The notes: a model not told the origin generated them from the sequence alone. DNA of 63,489 nt, filler included, from Reticulomyxa filosa (GCA_000512085.1; 20 parts of 20 records of this genome joined end to end with filler, not necessarily neighbours in it), one strand, 5' to 3'; positions 23,202-38,140 are shown, counted from the first letter of the whole stretch. Made by a program: numbers and translations.

Positions 23202-26200
23202 GCAATCGAACAATTAAATAAACAATATCTACTTACAATTATTTTCTTCATTGGAGTCAAAAAAAAGGGACAAACGTGTGATATACAACCAAAATTCAAA
23301 ACAATGAACAATTATCCACACAACCAATTTGTAAGACATTGATTGAAAAAGCTTGTACAGATTTCCTAAAAGATTACTCGAATTAAAAACACTACTTTCA
23401 CAAATTTATTTGCGTGAGTCTCCAAAGTAACTCAAGAAAAGCTTTGTGACCAAAAACAAAACTGCTTTTAAAATTGCATTTTTAATAAAATTTTGAATGA
23501 TGGAAAAATTTTCTTCATATTAAACGGGGATACTACTCATAAATTAAAAGGCACAAAAACGATTTTTTTAACCAGTAAATACAAAAAATTTTAAAAATTT
23601 TAAAAAACTTATCTAAACTTCACCAAAGTTTGCAATATAGACAACTAATGTGACACGCGCAGCAAATAATCCCATTTATTTTTTTTCTGCTGTTACAACA
23701 CATTTTCAAAAAAAGTTTATGGCACGATCAAAATGCTTGATGATACTAAATTATACTGCCATATTTTACTCGTGCCTTGTGCATTGCATATAGTTGCAGT
23801 TAAATCAATCGTTTATTAAAAAATCATCAAAAATGCAATGCTTGTAAAAAAAATAATGAAATGCCAACTCTTGCATATTCGACAATATTTTCCCGCAATC
23901 CGAATATATAGTGGCCATATTTCTCCATTCAAAATATATAAAGATAGCGTAAAACTTTTTGAGAAACTCGACTCAATGTTCCAAAAAAATGCAAATACAT
24001 AATTCAAAATAATACGTAAATGTATAAAGAAAAGAATAAAATCGACAGTGAAAATCTGAATAAATAGTGCTATAACTATACGAAGGTCGAAATTACTCAA
24101 AAAGTATGTTTTAGAAAAAGGTAGCCAGTTGTTAAGTTTTTCATAAAAAGTCTTTGTGTTTTGTTAGTCTATTTTTAATTTGTTTGAATTTGTCAAGTTA
24201 CATTTTCTCACAAAAAGAGATAAATAACAGAAATGAACGAACATTATCACCATTACAATAAATGGTGGACTTTAGAGAACAAAAATTCGACCTGAACATT
24301 GGAAACGAAGAAAAACAAAAAGAAGAAAAAGACATAAAAGAACAAGAAGAAGACGAACAATTGTTACGTGACGCTTGGACCGAAATCGAACAAAGCCAAC
24401 TCATTTTAAATCGCGAACAATCTATTGATATACTAAATCTTCATATATCACAAATGCCAGAAAATCCACAACTTCAACAATTGTTACGTATATCTTTTTT
24501 TACTAGATAATAAAAAAAATTTGGATGCATTCAAAAATGAATAAGATGAAATTGATTATAATGATCCTGCTGCTAATGAAACCGGTGAAGAAGATGAAGA
24601 TTGTGATGACGAACATATTATGTCCAGAACTTAATGTAAACAAAAATACTAATTTTCGTGCTGTTTCAAACTAATTAAATGGTCCTTCTTTCAATTTAAC
24701 TAGAAGAGTGAGTCAACAAAAACGTTCATCTTTGCAACAATTGACCGATTGTGCTGTGGAAAATGCAAACGAAAGAAATGCTAGCAATCGTTTTCATTCG
24801 GTAAATGTTTCAAGAGTTGCTGGTGAATCACAACATCAAGATGATCAGCATTTTGATGATCATGAATTACGTGAGCCTTTTCGTTTGCATGTGGACGCTG
24901 AACAAGCTGAAGTATATCGAAATTTATTGAGTGTGATTCAATGTTGCTAGCAATTGTCTTTTATCAATTCATGACTCAGCGTGAACAACGCAAGTTTGTG
25001 AACATGTTTTTAAATTTGGTCAAGATGCAATTGAAACTTTGGAAAGTTCGATCGGTAGTGAAATGCAACGACAAGCAATAGATCATCGTCGTGAACATTT
25101 GCTCCACAATTCTCCCAAAATCAACGTAGACAACGACGTAGTACCAGCCTTACTATTGCTACGAGAATAGTTGATAGTAATCAAATTCGTCCTCAACGAC
25201 GAGCAAGTAGACGTGTTCGCACTTTGAATGATATGTTACAAGAAGATTTTAACATTTTTAGAACTCCTCCATCAGTACCAAGGAGCAACCAAGCTATCCT
25301 GTGTTTTGATTTTTTGTAAATAAATTTTTTTAATTTTAACTTGATCTAATTATTCTACTTTTCAAAAATTTTGAATATACAAAACAATTTCTAATTGAAA
25401 AAGTACGAAAGTACTTGGCCACCAGTCAGCATTGACTAGGCCCACACTGGTCTACAATTGCATGCATTTGCCTCTAACAGGCCCGGTCAGCATTGGCTGG
25501 GGCATCGTCCGATCCCACTTGAGCTACACTCATTTGACCCATTGGCTTCAATTAGCTCCACAGCGTTGACTGTGGCTACACAAAGCCCCATTGTGCTGTC
25601 ATTCAGCATCTAGTCAGCATTGACCAGTGCTCCACTTCATAACGGATGCACATTTGGCTTCCGTTAAGCTTTCTCTGAATATAACATTAAAACCAAGAAA
25701 TATTCAATTAGTCTTATCAGACTAATATCTAGAGTCAAAAAAGACACAATGAACATAAAATGACTACAACATAGTATAAAAAAACAATAAAACGATTTGC
25801 TCGTGCAATTGCACTTAAAAACGCTCGCTGTCTTGTTGCCGAATGTGCTACTGCAATACACAAACACGTAATGCTGCTTTCATTGAAAACATTTTTACTC
25901 TTATAGTACTAGATTATTTTTCAATCCCGATTTCGGCTCTTTTCACCTCTAACAATGTTGTCTTAAGGATAAGCTTAACAACTACTTAGTTGTTGCACAG
26001 TCCTATCTTTATCTCAATTTGCACCTATGCAGGACAATTAACTCTTTGACAGCATCAAATTCAATTTGGACGTCCCACTGACTCGTGCTGCTTTTAACCA
26101 GAAAGCCAGCGATAGTGTTGATGTTAAACACTGTCTCTTATTGGATTTTGACATTAAGCAAGATGATGATAATACATACTTTAATGACTTTACTCGCGAA

Positions 26201-29200
26201 GTTGACCATAAAAAACATAAAAATGACTCCGGTTACAGGATTGTAATATTCAATTACAATATTAGCAATTATTTAATTGGAGCCTGCAGCATGCGTCTAA
26301 TTAAAGAAAATGTAACAGTCAAAGCAATCACAAAACATTTGCCCGCACATATCTAATCTATTGAATTGCGCTTCATCAAATAACCAAAATAATAATAAAT
26401 TACTTTGCTATAAATTGTTGAGCAGATGCAGCTCGGATAAATGAATATGTCACAAACAAATACAACAATTATTATGACTTATTTGAAAAAAGCTCAAGTA
26501 ATATTGCATATTGTTGACACCAATATTCCAAAACAAAAAATGAAAAAGAGATTAACTATTGACAAAAAGGTATTTATGCTAGTAACGAACAGAAAATGAT
26601 TGAGAGATTATAGACAAAGAGACAGAGAAAGGCAGATAATGAAAGAAATCAGTTGAAAAACAAGGAATGGAAATCTTCTTGTTTTTGTGTTTTCTTTTTG
26701 TTTCAAAAGTTGTTCCATTTGAGAATTTTTTTCGGAATTGAAAATAAAAAATAATTGCTAAGGAAAAAAAATATTTTATTTTGACTAAAATCTAAATCAT
26801 AAATCCAAGGAGAAAAATTTTATCTTGCAACACCTAAATATGGAAGCTGAAGATAGCTCAGAATCTTGTGATGCGGAACAAGTCTTGAAAGAGAAAGAAG
26901 AGATGAGTTCTGGCCCTGAAGCAGAATATAATGAAACGTCTAGTGACAAGGCAGTAGTTACCAAGGTACCTTTGCAGAAGGAGAAAGGGGAAGGATAGGG
27001 ATAAAAAAAAGCGAGTGCAAACAATGCGAAAAAAAAGGAAAAGAGTGTTCCAGATGAAACGACGAAAAAGGAGAAGACCAAGCAAAAGCGTTCGTTGAGT
27101 GAAATGAGCCGTGATGAGACGGACAGCAGTTCAAAGAAGGCCAGCGCAACAACACCCGCTCCTAAACGAGTTTCGCTTGCACTTTCTTCGGACAAAGTGT
27201 GTAAAGTGCCAATAACAGCAATAACAATAACAACGACATGTTTAAAAACCCACTCTGTCAGATACGATTGTCGAGTGAATCAATTGATTACATGAACAAC
27301 AAAGAAGTTATTTTTGGAGCCAATTTAGTCTCCTTTGCATTTTGCTCCCCCTTTGCATTTANNNNNNNNNNNNNNNNNNNNNNNNNNNNNNNNNNNNNNN
27401 NNNNNTTAATTAATTAANNNNNNNNNNNNNNNNNNNNNNNNNNNNNNNNNNNNNNNNNNNNTTAAATTGTACTGAATAAAAATATACGATATTAAATATT
27501 ATAAAGACAGATGACTCACATTTTGCTAAAGATTATTTTGTATGAAAGAACACAGGAAATTCCGAAAACTTATCTTGTTCTTTAATTAAATTTTGTTTCA
27601 ATGAAATTTATTCAAATGAAAGACACTTTTGTATTACAACATTAAAATTTATTTTGAACAAAGTAATGGCAATATAGCAAGGTATGATTGCAATCTATTC
27701 ATGGAATTATTTTACAAATATTGATTTGGCACATTTAATTACTCAAAGCGAGAGTGCAAAATTATTAAAAAAGATTCTAATAAGATATATATTTAATGTT
27801 GGAAAAAACTTTTTTGAAAGACAATCAAAAACACATCATAGATTTCATAACATTAAATTTGTATGTTCAAGTTTTATTGTACGAACACACTAGATCATGG
27901 AAATCAGATGAATACAAAAAAATAGCAATTATTGTGAATACAAATTCAGTCCAGAAAAACGTAGAATACTATTGCGTTATGTTTTGGCTTAAAATAATTA
28001 TCTTTATCCAAATCAATAATGTTTCAATTTATTGTCAAAAGAAAATAATTTTAAATTTTAATATTTGCTAAAATAGTCACTGAAAACAGATATCTCTTTT
28101 AAGATTTTTTTTCTTCAGCCTCCAAATATATATATATATATATATTCGACAAACTAGAAATAAAAAAATTTATTTAAGAAAAAGAAAGTTATGACAAATG
28201 ATTGAAAAATTTTCAAAGTATGGAAACAAGTGCAATAAGTTGCAAAAAAAACTGATAATCTAAAATGCTATTTTCATTTCTAAAATAATGACATAATTTA
28301 TTGTAGTTTTTTATTTGTTATCAATTTTGTTATAAAAGGGGAAAAGGCAAATCTTATCCTTTTTGACTGGCAGTAATAAGATTGTATTATAGTATTATTG
28401 AATGAAAATCGCAATTGCATTTGTACCTTTTGATGAGAATTAAAAACAGTAAGTGTTGGCGTTTGTTTCATTACATTTTTATCTATTATATATTCATATA
28501 AATTCTTTACAAAAAACCAACAATTAAGAATATTTTATCTTCTGGAATAAGTGTAGCATATTACTTCTCTGTGTGATAAAAATTTGCTCAGATCTAAGGA
28601 CCAATATGTTAAAAATAACAAAAGGTTTGAAATAATGTCAATTATTTTCTGATTGAATTGCGATGTAAATAAAATAACTTTATTGGTTTAAAGTGTGCAG
28701 TTTTTTCTTTTTAGAATGCTATGTTCGTTTAACTTAAAATAATTAAGTCTTTCAGGAGGTAAGAAGAATTTAGCCCAATAAAAGATCATCTAAGTTTGTC
28801 TCTTTTCCCTTGAAAACAGATTAGGATGATTTTTGTTTATTTTAGTCTAAGGGGAATGCAGGTTGAGTTTTTTTTTTTTGGTTTAGATAGCTCTCTTTCC
28901 TTAATACTTTCTTTTTGTCTATTGTNNNNNNNNNNNNNNNNNNNNNNNNNNNNNNNNNNNNNNNNNNNNTTAATTAATTAANNNNNNNNNNNNNNNNNNN
29001 NNNNNNNNNNNNNNNNNNNNNNNNNTTTTTTTTTGCTGAAGTAAAATTTGTAATCTTTGAGATTGGCAATCATGTTGATTCTTTTAGAAAAGGTGTTGCT
29101 GTTGGAATGTTTATTAACAGTTCGGACATATATCTGTTGATCGAAAATTTGTTGTTAGTCCAGCATCAGTAATGAGATTGGAGAATCTGTATAAGAATAA

Positions 29201-29229
29201 TTGCACTGCTGCCAGAAGGCTAGGATCTG

Positions 29230-30015
29230 TAAGATTCGAAAAGATTTCAGCCCGCATACAACGTAAAATTGTTATGTATTTTGTATCTGCATGTGCGAAA
29301 CAGCTAATGAAGTGAAAGAGATATTATATGAAGATATTGAGATTCATGTCTCGTACGAAACTGTTACAAAGACGCTCAAGAAGAACTGTTTAATTGCTTT
29401 GACAAAGAAGAAAAAATCAAAACTAGAAGAAAGAGATATTGTCAAAAGTCTTGAATTTGAAAACATATACAAACATTGGACAGTGGATGATTGAAAAAAG
29501 GTTATTTTCTAAGATGAAACAAAGATTAATTTGTGTGTAAGTAATTATATCAAATATGTATGGAAAAGGACATGTCAAGATTTGTGATAGAGTTATAATT
29601 AAAAGGTCAATATTTGGTAGTTGTAACATTATGGTTTGTGCTTGCTTTGATGCAAAAGGTGTTGGACATGCATGCAGATTGAATGTTGAGTTAATTCTGA
29701 AATATATACAGAAGTATAACTGATGAAATGCTAAATAGCATACAGTATTGTTTAGAAGATGAAAAGGATTGTTAGTTACAACAATATAATGCAACCTGAC
29801 ACAAAAGTCAAAATATTATGGAACAGTTTGAAGAAAATTACGTAAATTTAATAAAATTTCTAACAAATTCTACTTATTTAAATCCAATTGAAAACTTGTG
29901 TTTGATATTGAAAATTAAACTTTACAAAGATGCAAAATTTCGCATAAAACAGCAATCAGTGAAAATTCGAAACAGTTTGGGAAAAAAACATAAAAAAAGT
30001 TATGCAACGACTTAA
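29230..30015 (+). mobile_element. Tc1/mariner (IS630-Tc1) transposase pseudogene
   Basis: HTH_Tnp_Tc3_2-like VSYETVTKTLKK...KKKKSKL, then HWTVDD*KKVIF*DETKIN (first catalytic Asp), IMVCACFDAKGVG, QQYNAT*H (QDNA..H) and STYLNPIENL (SPDLNPIE). Many stop codons. Confidence 0.88.
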
Positions 30016-30263
30016 TTGCCTCAATNNNNNNNNNNNNNNNNNNNNNNNNNNNNNNNNNNNNNNNNNNNNTTAATTAATTAANNNNNNNNNNNNNNNNNNN
30101 NNNNNNNNNNNNNNNNNNNNNNNNNCATGCATGCATGTATATACGTATATCAATGGAGAGGGAGATTTTTTTTTTTATTTTTTTATTTATAATAAAAAAA
30201 AAAAAAAGTGGTCTTGCATGTTTCATAATCAAATCATCTTTCCTTATCCTTGTCCGCTGACAG

Positions 30264-30975
30264 TTGTTCTATTGGATGAATCACTTTTGGCCAATCGATT
30301 TCGAACCATTTCTTTATGAGGCCATTGTTGGTGAACAAGTACCAAAACAAGAGAACGCAAATGCAAGTACAAGTGCAAGTGTAGATGCGAATGTTAATGC
30401 CAATGTCAATGGAACAGCAGCTAACATGGAACATGCAAAGGAAAGCACAATATCTTGCGCGCAGCTGTGGGAAGAGATAGTGATCGAGCTGCGACAAAGT
30501 GCGGTGCATTACAATGCTTTCGATCCTTCGTACGTGCAATGGGTAGAGGGCGAAATTCAAAAGTTGGAGCAATTGAAAATGGAAAAGAAAAAGTGGTGTG
30601 AGTACATTCAACAAGAGCAACAAAGAATGAAGACGCAACGTGAGATCCAAAAGAAACTATTGCGAGGACATGAAGAAGCCACAATGGATATCACGCAGCA
30701 ACAATCACAGCCATCTTTGAATGATTTTACTGCCAGTCGTAATGATCGTGCAACTACCTCGCCACACTTGCCACAGCCCGTTTCTGATGACGCAACTTTA
30801 GAAGGGACAGGAATCATATTTCCAATAGACGCCAATGGCAACACTATACCTATACCTTTGGAAAAACCGAGAAGCTCCAGCTTACCTGTTGCAAGCAACG
30901 CTGCTCAAGTTGATGCTATGAATCCCAATGGAGGGCGCAAAGCAAAAAAGAGTGCCTCCAACTTTTACAAGTTTA

Positions 30976-31010
<35 letters not shown>

Positions 31011-32032
31011 TTGATTGGTTGGATGAATTGATTGGCTTTGCTGTTGTTGACTTGGGGAACGTCGCTTAGTGGCAAAAAAGACAAAACAACGGCAAAAGAA
31101 TACGCGAGTCAATTAACGTTGATGGATTTTGAATTGTTTTTGAAAATCGATCCACGACAATATTTGTGTAAAATAATGGACAAAGGAAACAAAAATATGA
31201 AAAAATATGAGTCATTGAAATTGTTGATTGATCGTTTTCAAAAGTTACATCAATATGTTGTGATCACAATTATTGGCGCAAACTCACTGCAAACTCGTGT
31301 GCAATTGATCGAGTTTTTCATTTACATTGCAGAATATTTGTTAAAACTAAATAATTTCTACTCTTTCATGAGCATCTGCAGTGGCATTGACAGTATTCAA
31401 GTTCGAAAATTAACTACTTCTTGGGGCTTTGTCAACACCTCTTGCCAAAGAAAATTTGATCAATTTTTACAACCCATTTGTAGTACCAATAAAAATTATC
31501 ATGCTTTGCGAAAGTATATTGCGAACTGTAGTCCTCCTGCGATTCCTTTTTTAGGTATTTTTTTTTTTCTCCCTCCATTCTTCCTTTTTTCTGAGGCTCT
31601 GAACTTTTGTTTTTTAAAAAAAAAAAATGTATTCACTGTTTTAAACTTTTTTTGGTCCCTTTCTTTTGTTGATGTGCGTGATTAGGAATTGTTTTGACAG
31701 ATCTGACGTTCATCAATGACGGCACAGCTGATCGGGATGATAAGGTTGATAATCATATCAATTTTAGTAAATATTTGAAGTTTTATCATGCTTTCAAAGA
31801 TGTTATACGACTGACTCGATATCACCTTCACTCGAATCGAAACGATCCGAAACTTGTGGAAGAAATCAACGCCAAAGTTTATAATGAAGATGCTACGGTG
31901 AATCCAGTGTTGAACGTGCAATCGGAAGAGGAAAAACATGATCCTCTAAAAAATTTTTTTTCAAATCAAACAAATGAGGAAAACAAGGAAAAAGAAGCCA
32001 ATCCCGCAAAAGAAAGTTTTTTCAAAAAATAA
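30264..32032 (+). CDS. RasGEF (CDC25 domain) protein, 5' truncated, multi-exon
   Basis: AKEYASQLTLMDFELFLKI, RVQLIEFFIYIAEYLLKLNNFYSFMSICSG, NYHALR...PPAIPFLG|LFLTDLTFINDG...INFSK. A REM-like FYWMNHFWPIDF lies upstream. Confidence 0.92.
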
Positions 32033-32520
32033 AAGCAAACAAACGAATGAAAAAACTCAAAAGATGAATTAAACCTTTTTTCATAAAATTTGAAAATAAT
32101 TAAGTAAACATTTTAATTATAATCATTCAAAATTTATCTCATCTGCTGTATTTAATAATAATTTTATAAAAATCTTCGACCCATATAAATTTGATCATTA
32201 AAATTCGAACCCAATGTTGAATAATAAATATTATTTCTTTCTTTAACTATTCATTACAAGCAATATAATTTGTTTATTTATTATTTATTTTAATCAAACA
32301 CAAATAAATCATTACCAACTGTAAAGGATCCCATACACGCACATTAGTCTTCATGTGAGTTGCTACTAATATATTATTATCATTTAATCCTCCAATGATA
32401 TGTATATCATTGTCTTCTTCNNNNNNNNNNNNNNNNNNNNNNNNNNNNNNNNNNNNNNNNNNNNTTAATTAATTAANNNNNNNNNNNNNNNNNNNNNNNN
32501 NNNNNNNNNNNNNNNNNNNN

Positions 32521-32828
32521 GACATAAAAATTGGGTGAATGTTGCTGAATATTCACCATTTGTAATAAATAATGGTATTGGTAATTTAACTATGATATGT
32601 TCTGGATCATTGGATAATACAATTCGTTTTTGGGATTTTCAATCAAATAAGATTGCATTGTATACTATTTGTGGAGATGAGAAAGAAGATAATGGAATAT
32701 GTTGTCTTAAATTTATTGCATTGAAAAAGAAAGAGAAGACTATGGATGTTACATATGATTTGAGTTTGTGTTATGGCTCGTACAATGGTCCCATTCATTT
32801 TTGGAAAAGCGAAGGTATTTTTTATTAA
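32521..32828 (+). CDS. C-terminal fragment of a WD40-repeat protein
   Basis: ICSGSLDNTIRFWD and LCYGSYNGPIHFW; same family style as the pseudogene at 8685-9390. Confidence 0.8.
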
Positions 32829-33689
32829 AAGAGAAATAAGATTATATTAAACTTGTTTGATTTGATTGAATGCAAATATTGAAAGATTTGTTCTATCTTA
32901 CTTTGTTGTTTAAAAAAGTTGAAAAAACTGCATTAAATGGTTTTTAAAGAATTGCAAAATATTTTAAATATTGCGTTTTCTTCAATACTAATTTTTTTTT
33001 GATGATTATTAATCAATCACATAAGGGAAATAACAAATAATATTTTCATTATTGTCTTGCATAAAAACTTAAAAAATAAAATATCTATACACGACACTAT
33101 GTCGTTAACTTCTTTTTTTTATTTTTGATTACCTAATTTTATGTCACAATATATTAACCATCTGGAGAAAATCTTGAGCGTATTACATCATCTATTTTTA
33201 TTTCTTTTATCTTTCATCTGTTTTTACATTTCAAAAACTGATTGTATTTACAATCATTTTGAATTTCAATATTCAAATGCATTTTATCATATCATTGCTC
33301 TATATTCATTGCTAAATGAATACAATCAATAAATGCATTAAATCCCTTTAATACTTGAATTTGTATTTAAATACTGTTTTTCTTGAATATGGATAATTTC
33401 AGGACTTTTAGTGAAAATTGTATCTGTTATATTCTGATCTTAATGAAACATATATATATTTCAAAATCAAATAATAAAAATGTTATAATAATCTTTTGGT
33501 TGATGTGCAACTAAACGTATAAAAAAAAGCATCTGCAAATGCATATGAGAGTGTAATTAAAAAGTTGTATATCATTTGGTTNNNNNNNNNNNNNNNNNNN
33601 NNNNNNNNNNNNNNNNNNNNNNNNNTTAATTAATTAANNNNNNNNNNNNNNNNNNNNNNNNNNNNNNNNNNNNNNNNNNNNATATATTT

Positions 33690-34865
33690 ATTACCGAATG
33701 GATGTTGGATAAACTTGTCCAACACTTGCCCCGTAGCGTCAATTTGTGATATGATGAGAAAGTACTCGATGTTGTCGTAGCGCAGCACGCGTTTCAAGAC
33801 TCGTGGTGATCCATCGATATTTCTTCCGTCGTGTCCGTGAACATCGACTGCAAAAACTCCTTTCTCAGTTGGATCAGCTTGTCATTGCGCGTTGTTAGTT
33901 CCGACACTGTAGTCGACGTATCTTTTTCCTTCTTTGCAATTGCATTTACATTTGCATTGTCTCTTTGGTCATCAACCGGAGATTTGTTCTCTTGATTGAA
34001 ATTGCTATTGTGTTATTGTTATCGTCAATGTCACTGTTGTTACCATTAGTGACACTGTCGTTCGAAGCATCTCCAAATGTATCGTTGTTATTACTATTAT
34101 TGCTATTGCTGTTGTTATTGATTCGAATATTTTTGCGAGTCCTTTGCTGTCTGAAATGAGATCAATGCTAGTTACGATCATAGCTGGAGGTGCAGTTATC
34201 AGTCGTGACAATCCCATCCACGATGTTCCAATGGCTTCGTTTACAAAAGATATTGCATTCAATAGTATTATCGTCGTCTTCGGTTGTGTCTTGGCCTCCA
34301 TAGCAATTGCATCAACCGTCACTATTGTCTTCATATTGGTCTTTTTGTTGGACGAACAAATCTGCGCGACTTTAATTGTTACAAAGTTTGCCTTGTTTGG
34401 TGAGCGCATCGTACCAGCAGCACCAACATCAGTAGCAGTAAAAGCATTGGGCTGGTTCGGATCGATAAGCATAGTATTCGAAGAACTGACAAAAGGCTAG
34501 CCCCCTTCTTCGCCAACACCTTGCTGGTTGAACTGGGGCAGTTCGGGAGTCCGGTAGTCTGATAGTACTGCAGTAATACGTATTCATGTCTATGTCCAAT
34601 GTAAAAGGGAGATAATGACACTTTGACTGCATAATATTTCATTACAATCTCATGTTGTTGCTGTTATTGATATTGATTATACCTTTGATGATGTTGTAGC
34701 TCTCTCGCCATGGTTACGTTTCCATCAATTCTGAAACCTTTGTTCATAGTGTTCATCATCGTTACTAGGTAGACTTGCGAGGGGCCCTCCTTGATAATAA
34801 GCTTACGGCTGTCTCTGCTGTTGCCATTGTGCCATCCAAGGATTAATATTGACATTGCCACTTCA
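33690..34865 (-). CDS. Internal exons of an unidentified protein
   Basis: Higher-GC coding-like stretch with Thr/Asn-rich low-complexity ORFs and apparent frameshifts; no family recognised. Confidence 0.4.
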
Positions 34866-35185
34866 CTGTTATGTTATTTGTATTATTTATTACATGCAAA
34901 TTCGGGATTGAACTTTTTTATTATTATTATTTTTATTTATACATAAAAAAAAAAAAATCGTCGGAATTCTTTTACTTTTAAAAACGCATAACAAAATTGC
35001 ATAAATATATTATATATACATAAGTAATAAAGAGTGGTTTTGCACAAACATAATANNNNNNNNNNNNNNNNNNNNNNNNNNNNNNNNNNNNNNNNNNNNT
35101 TAATTAATTAANNNNNNNNNNNNNNNNNNNNNNNNNNNNNNNNNNNNNNNNNNNNAGAAAAAAAAAAAAAGAACGGGAATAATAA

Positions 35186-36067
35186 CCTGTTTGTCGTCGT
35201 TTTTTGTCCCTGGGGCATCTTTGCAATATCTATCATGCCGAATCTCAATTGTCCATTGCCGTCTGGTTGTACATTTGGAATTGGCGAATACAAAGAGCGC
35301 CCGTACCATTGTGGTACTGCAAACACAGCCGAGGGGTCAGTTGGGGTCAATACGGCATCCCTATTGGTTAGTGTGTCACGGAGTGTTATCTTTTGGCAAC
35401 ACAAACATATGGATAAATGATATAATGCATCCCACAAATTGAAAGACACTTAACATTGGCGATAGCGATGGTGAATCGTTAGTTTGGATTACCAATTGTC
35501 CTCCTGTTGGGGTATCCAGAAATGGATTTTCATTTGATCTTTGTTGCATCACTGGAGTTGCTTGGACTTTACTCTTGCGATTTTGCTATATATTTGATTC
35601 AAAGAAAAGAGGTCTCAATGGCTCAAACGTAACACAAATGCCACATCATGGGAAATGGTAAACTATTACTTTTTTTTTTTAACTTTTTTACGTATCTCAA
35701 ATGCTACATGTGATGCAAATTCTTCCAGTTTAATTCGACCGTCCTTGTCACTACACATTTCTTGTCCCACTTCCACTAACTCTTTGCGCTCTTCGTCCGT
35801 CAATTCCAAATTTGGAATGTCACGCATCGCCGCTAAGCACTGCTTGCTTGTCAGTAATCCTATACCTGATCCGTCGTATTCTTTCATTGTTCTTATTACT
35901 ACTTCTTTTGTTGGAGTTGCTTGGTTCGGAGGTTTGTTTTTTGCTGTGACCGTGTTTTCAAACTTTTTTTTGAGTGTGTTTGACTTTTTGTTTAGATCTT
36001 ATCACGGACAAATCGAGCACAAAAATACTTAACGTTGAAAAAGTCAAACACCTCTGCATCCGTCATT
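35186..36067 (-). CDS. EF-hand-containing protein, multi-exon, 3' truncated
   Basis: EF-hand-like pair YDGSGIGLLTSKQC and SDKDGRIKLEEF, followed by further exon-like blocks. Confidence 0.6.
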
Positions 36068-36719
36068 ATTCTTTAGTTTTATAGAGTCCGGTTACAAAAA
36101 TTAGTTTTTTTGGAAAGAGTAAAGAAGGTGATTGTAAGGACAAGAGTACACGTCAAACACGATACAATACGTTTATAAAGTTATAGTAAACTAAAGACAT
36201 TTAAAAAATGTGACAATTAAAACTTTTATTAGATGCGTAGATTACAAAGCAAAACAGATCACTAATAATTTGCAAAAGAAAGCATGTCACACTTTTCTAA
36301 TGTTGCTAATACGTTAGATTGAATTACTAACGATTTAAAGCAAAATAATCATGGTTTTTTGCTGTTCACTATTGATTGTTACTTTGTGAAAGATGAAACC
36401 TTTAATCAACAGCAAAAGAGTTAGACACCAGCAAATAGACTTGGGTAAAAAAATGGAAATCTACGTAGGTTACGTAAAGATCGGTAGTTGATAATTGTGT
36501 GAACACAATTACAATTCCCGATATAAGGCGTAGTTAGTTTAAACATTTTGCATTAGTCCCCTGACTACAACAATTGTCTTCTTTTCGCACGTTTGCCAAG
36601 ACATCCAAACAAAAATAACACATTTCGGCATTTCATCAAAAAGAAGACAAAAAAAAAAACTACAAAACAAAAACATTTTTTTAAATGGCCTTCTTTTTTT
36701 TTTTTTTTTTTTTTACATT

Positions 36720-38140
36720 TTTTTGATTTGATCCATTGTTTACAATTGTTGGGGCGGTGGTGTTAGTAGGACTGGCCGCATTTCTTCCGAATCGATTGAA
36801 TACATTGGTTTTCACGTTAGACAATTGTCCCATTGTTCGATTTAGTTTTTGTTGCAATTGCTATGCAAAAAAAGAAAAAAAAAAGAAATTAAAAGGCAAG
36901 TTGATATTAAACAAAAAAAAAGAACTTAACATTTTTTTGCAGCTCAGTACGATTAATATCATCAGTGAGGGTTTGATTCATTTCAGTAAGGTGAGCAACA
37001 GTAGAGAGAAGACTTTCATTTTTCTGATGCAATATAGTGACCTGTTCCATTAAATCTTCGATTTCACCAAGTCTTCCAGTATTAATCATTTCGGCAATGT
37101 TTTCATGTTCATTGTTAGTTGCATGAAACTCTGCATTGTGATTACCTGAGTCAATCAAATTAATATCAGCTCCATATTTCACCAAAGTTGCAACAATATG
37201 TGAGTACCTGTTTCCGATCCGTCCAAGACATTGTTACGAGTTATTCACAACAAGAGAGTAAAACTACATGATTTTTTTTTTTTTTTTTAGAAAAGAGCAA
37301 ACCCGTTCTCAGCAGCAAACATAAGAGCAGTTTTGCCATCGCGATTTTGAATATTCATATTAGCGCCCAGGGTGATCAGCATGGAAGCAATTCTTCCAGA
37401 GTTACTTTTGCACGCGCAAATTAAGGCGGTGTCACCTTTTTTGTTGACAATGTCCAATTCACTTTGATGACGCAGCAATTGAGTGGCCACATTGAATGTT
37501 TTGTTTTCGGCACTAATCATGAGTGGGGTCATTCCAAACATGTTTTGCGCATTGATAATATTCCCCGCTCATTGTTGCTTGTTGCATGAAACATGAGTTT
37601 GATGACATCCGCCATTCCGTCGTTGACAGCAGCGAGATGAACCAAAGTCATGCCATCGTCCCCTTTGCAATGCAAGGAGGCCCCTTTTTCCAATAAGTAG
37701 TCCCAAATGTCATGATAGCCATTGAAACAAGCAACCATTAATGCCGTGTAGCCTTTTTTGCCTTGGATATTGACGTTGCTCCATTGTTTAACACCATTTC
37801 ACCAAATTCAATCTACCGCTCTCGCAAGAAAGCATCAGTGCAGTCATGTCGTCATCGTCGATCATGTCAATGGGGAAGTTCATCGTGCTCATCATTTCTT
37901 GCAATTTCTCGGTATCCGACTTGCGAACGGCCTCAAACCAATCATCGACAATGTTTTTTTCCGTCAACAAAGGATCTGCACCCAGCAAAATCAACGTCTT
38001 TGATATTTCACGATAGCCGAGCTTCAATGCAATTGACAGTGCTGTCTCTTCGTCATCATCACGAACACGAGGGTTCAAATCTCTTTTGTTCACCAACAAA
38101 TCCAATATTATTGGGTCACACCCATGTTCCATGCCAATAT
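36720..38140 (-). CDS. Ankyrin-repeat protein with C-terminal coiled coil; several single-base frameshifts
   Basis: Repeated ankyrin motifs ETALSIA, MTALMLSC, GYTALMVAC, GMTLVHLAA, GMTPLMISA, GDTALICAC, GKTALMFAA and GADINLID. Confidence 0.88.

Noticed and set aside
24262-27300. Acidic and Lys-rich ORF fragments (24262-25300, 26066-26356, 26800-27300)
   Set aside because: Coding-like but interrupted, with no recognisable family; not supportable as defined features.
10163-32032. Apparent signalling cluster (G-gamma, GPCR, RasGEF, and later PI3K, cyclase and SH2)
   Set aside because: The genes lie on different contigs separated by artificial spacers, so no physical linkage can be inferred.
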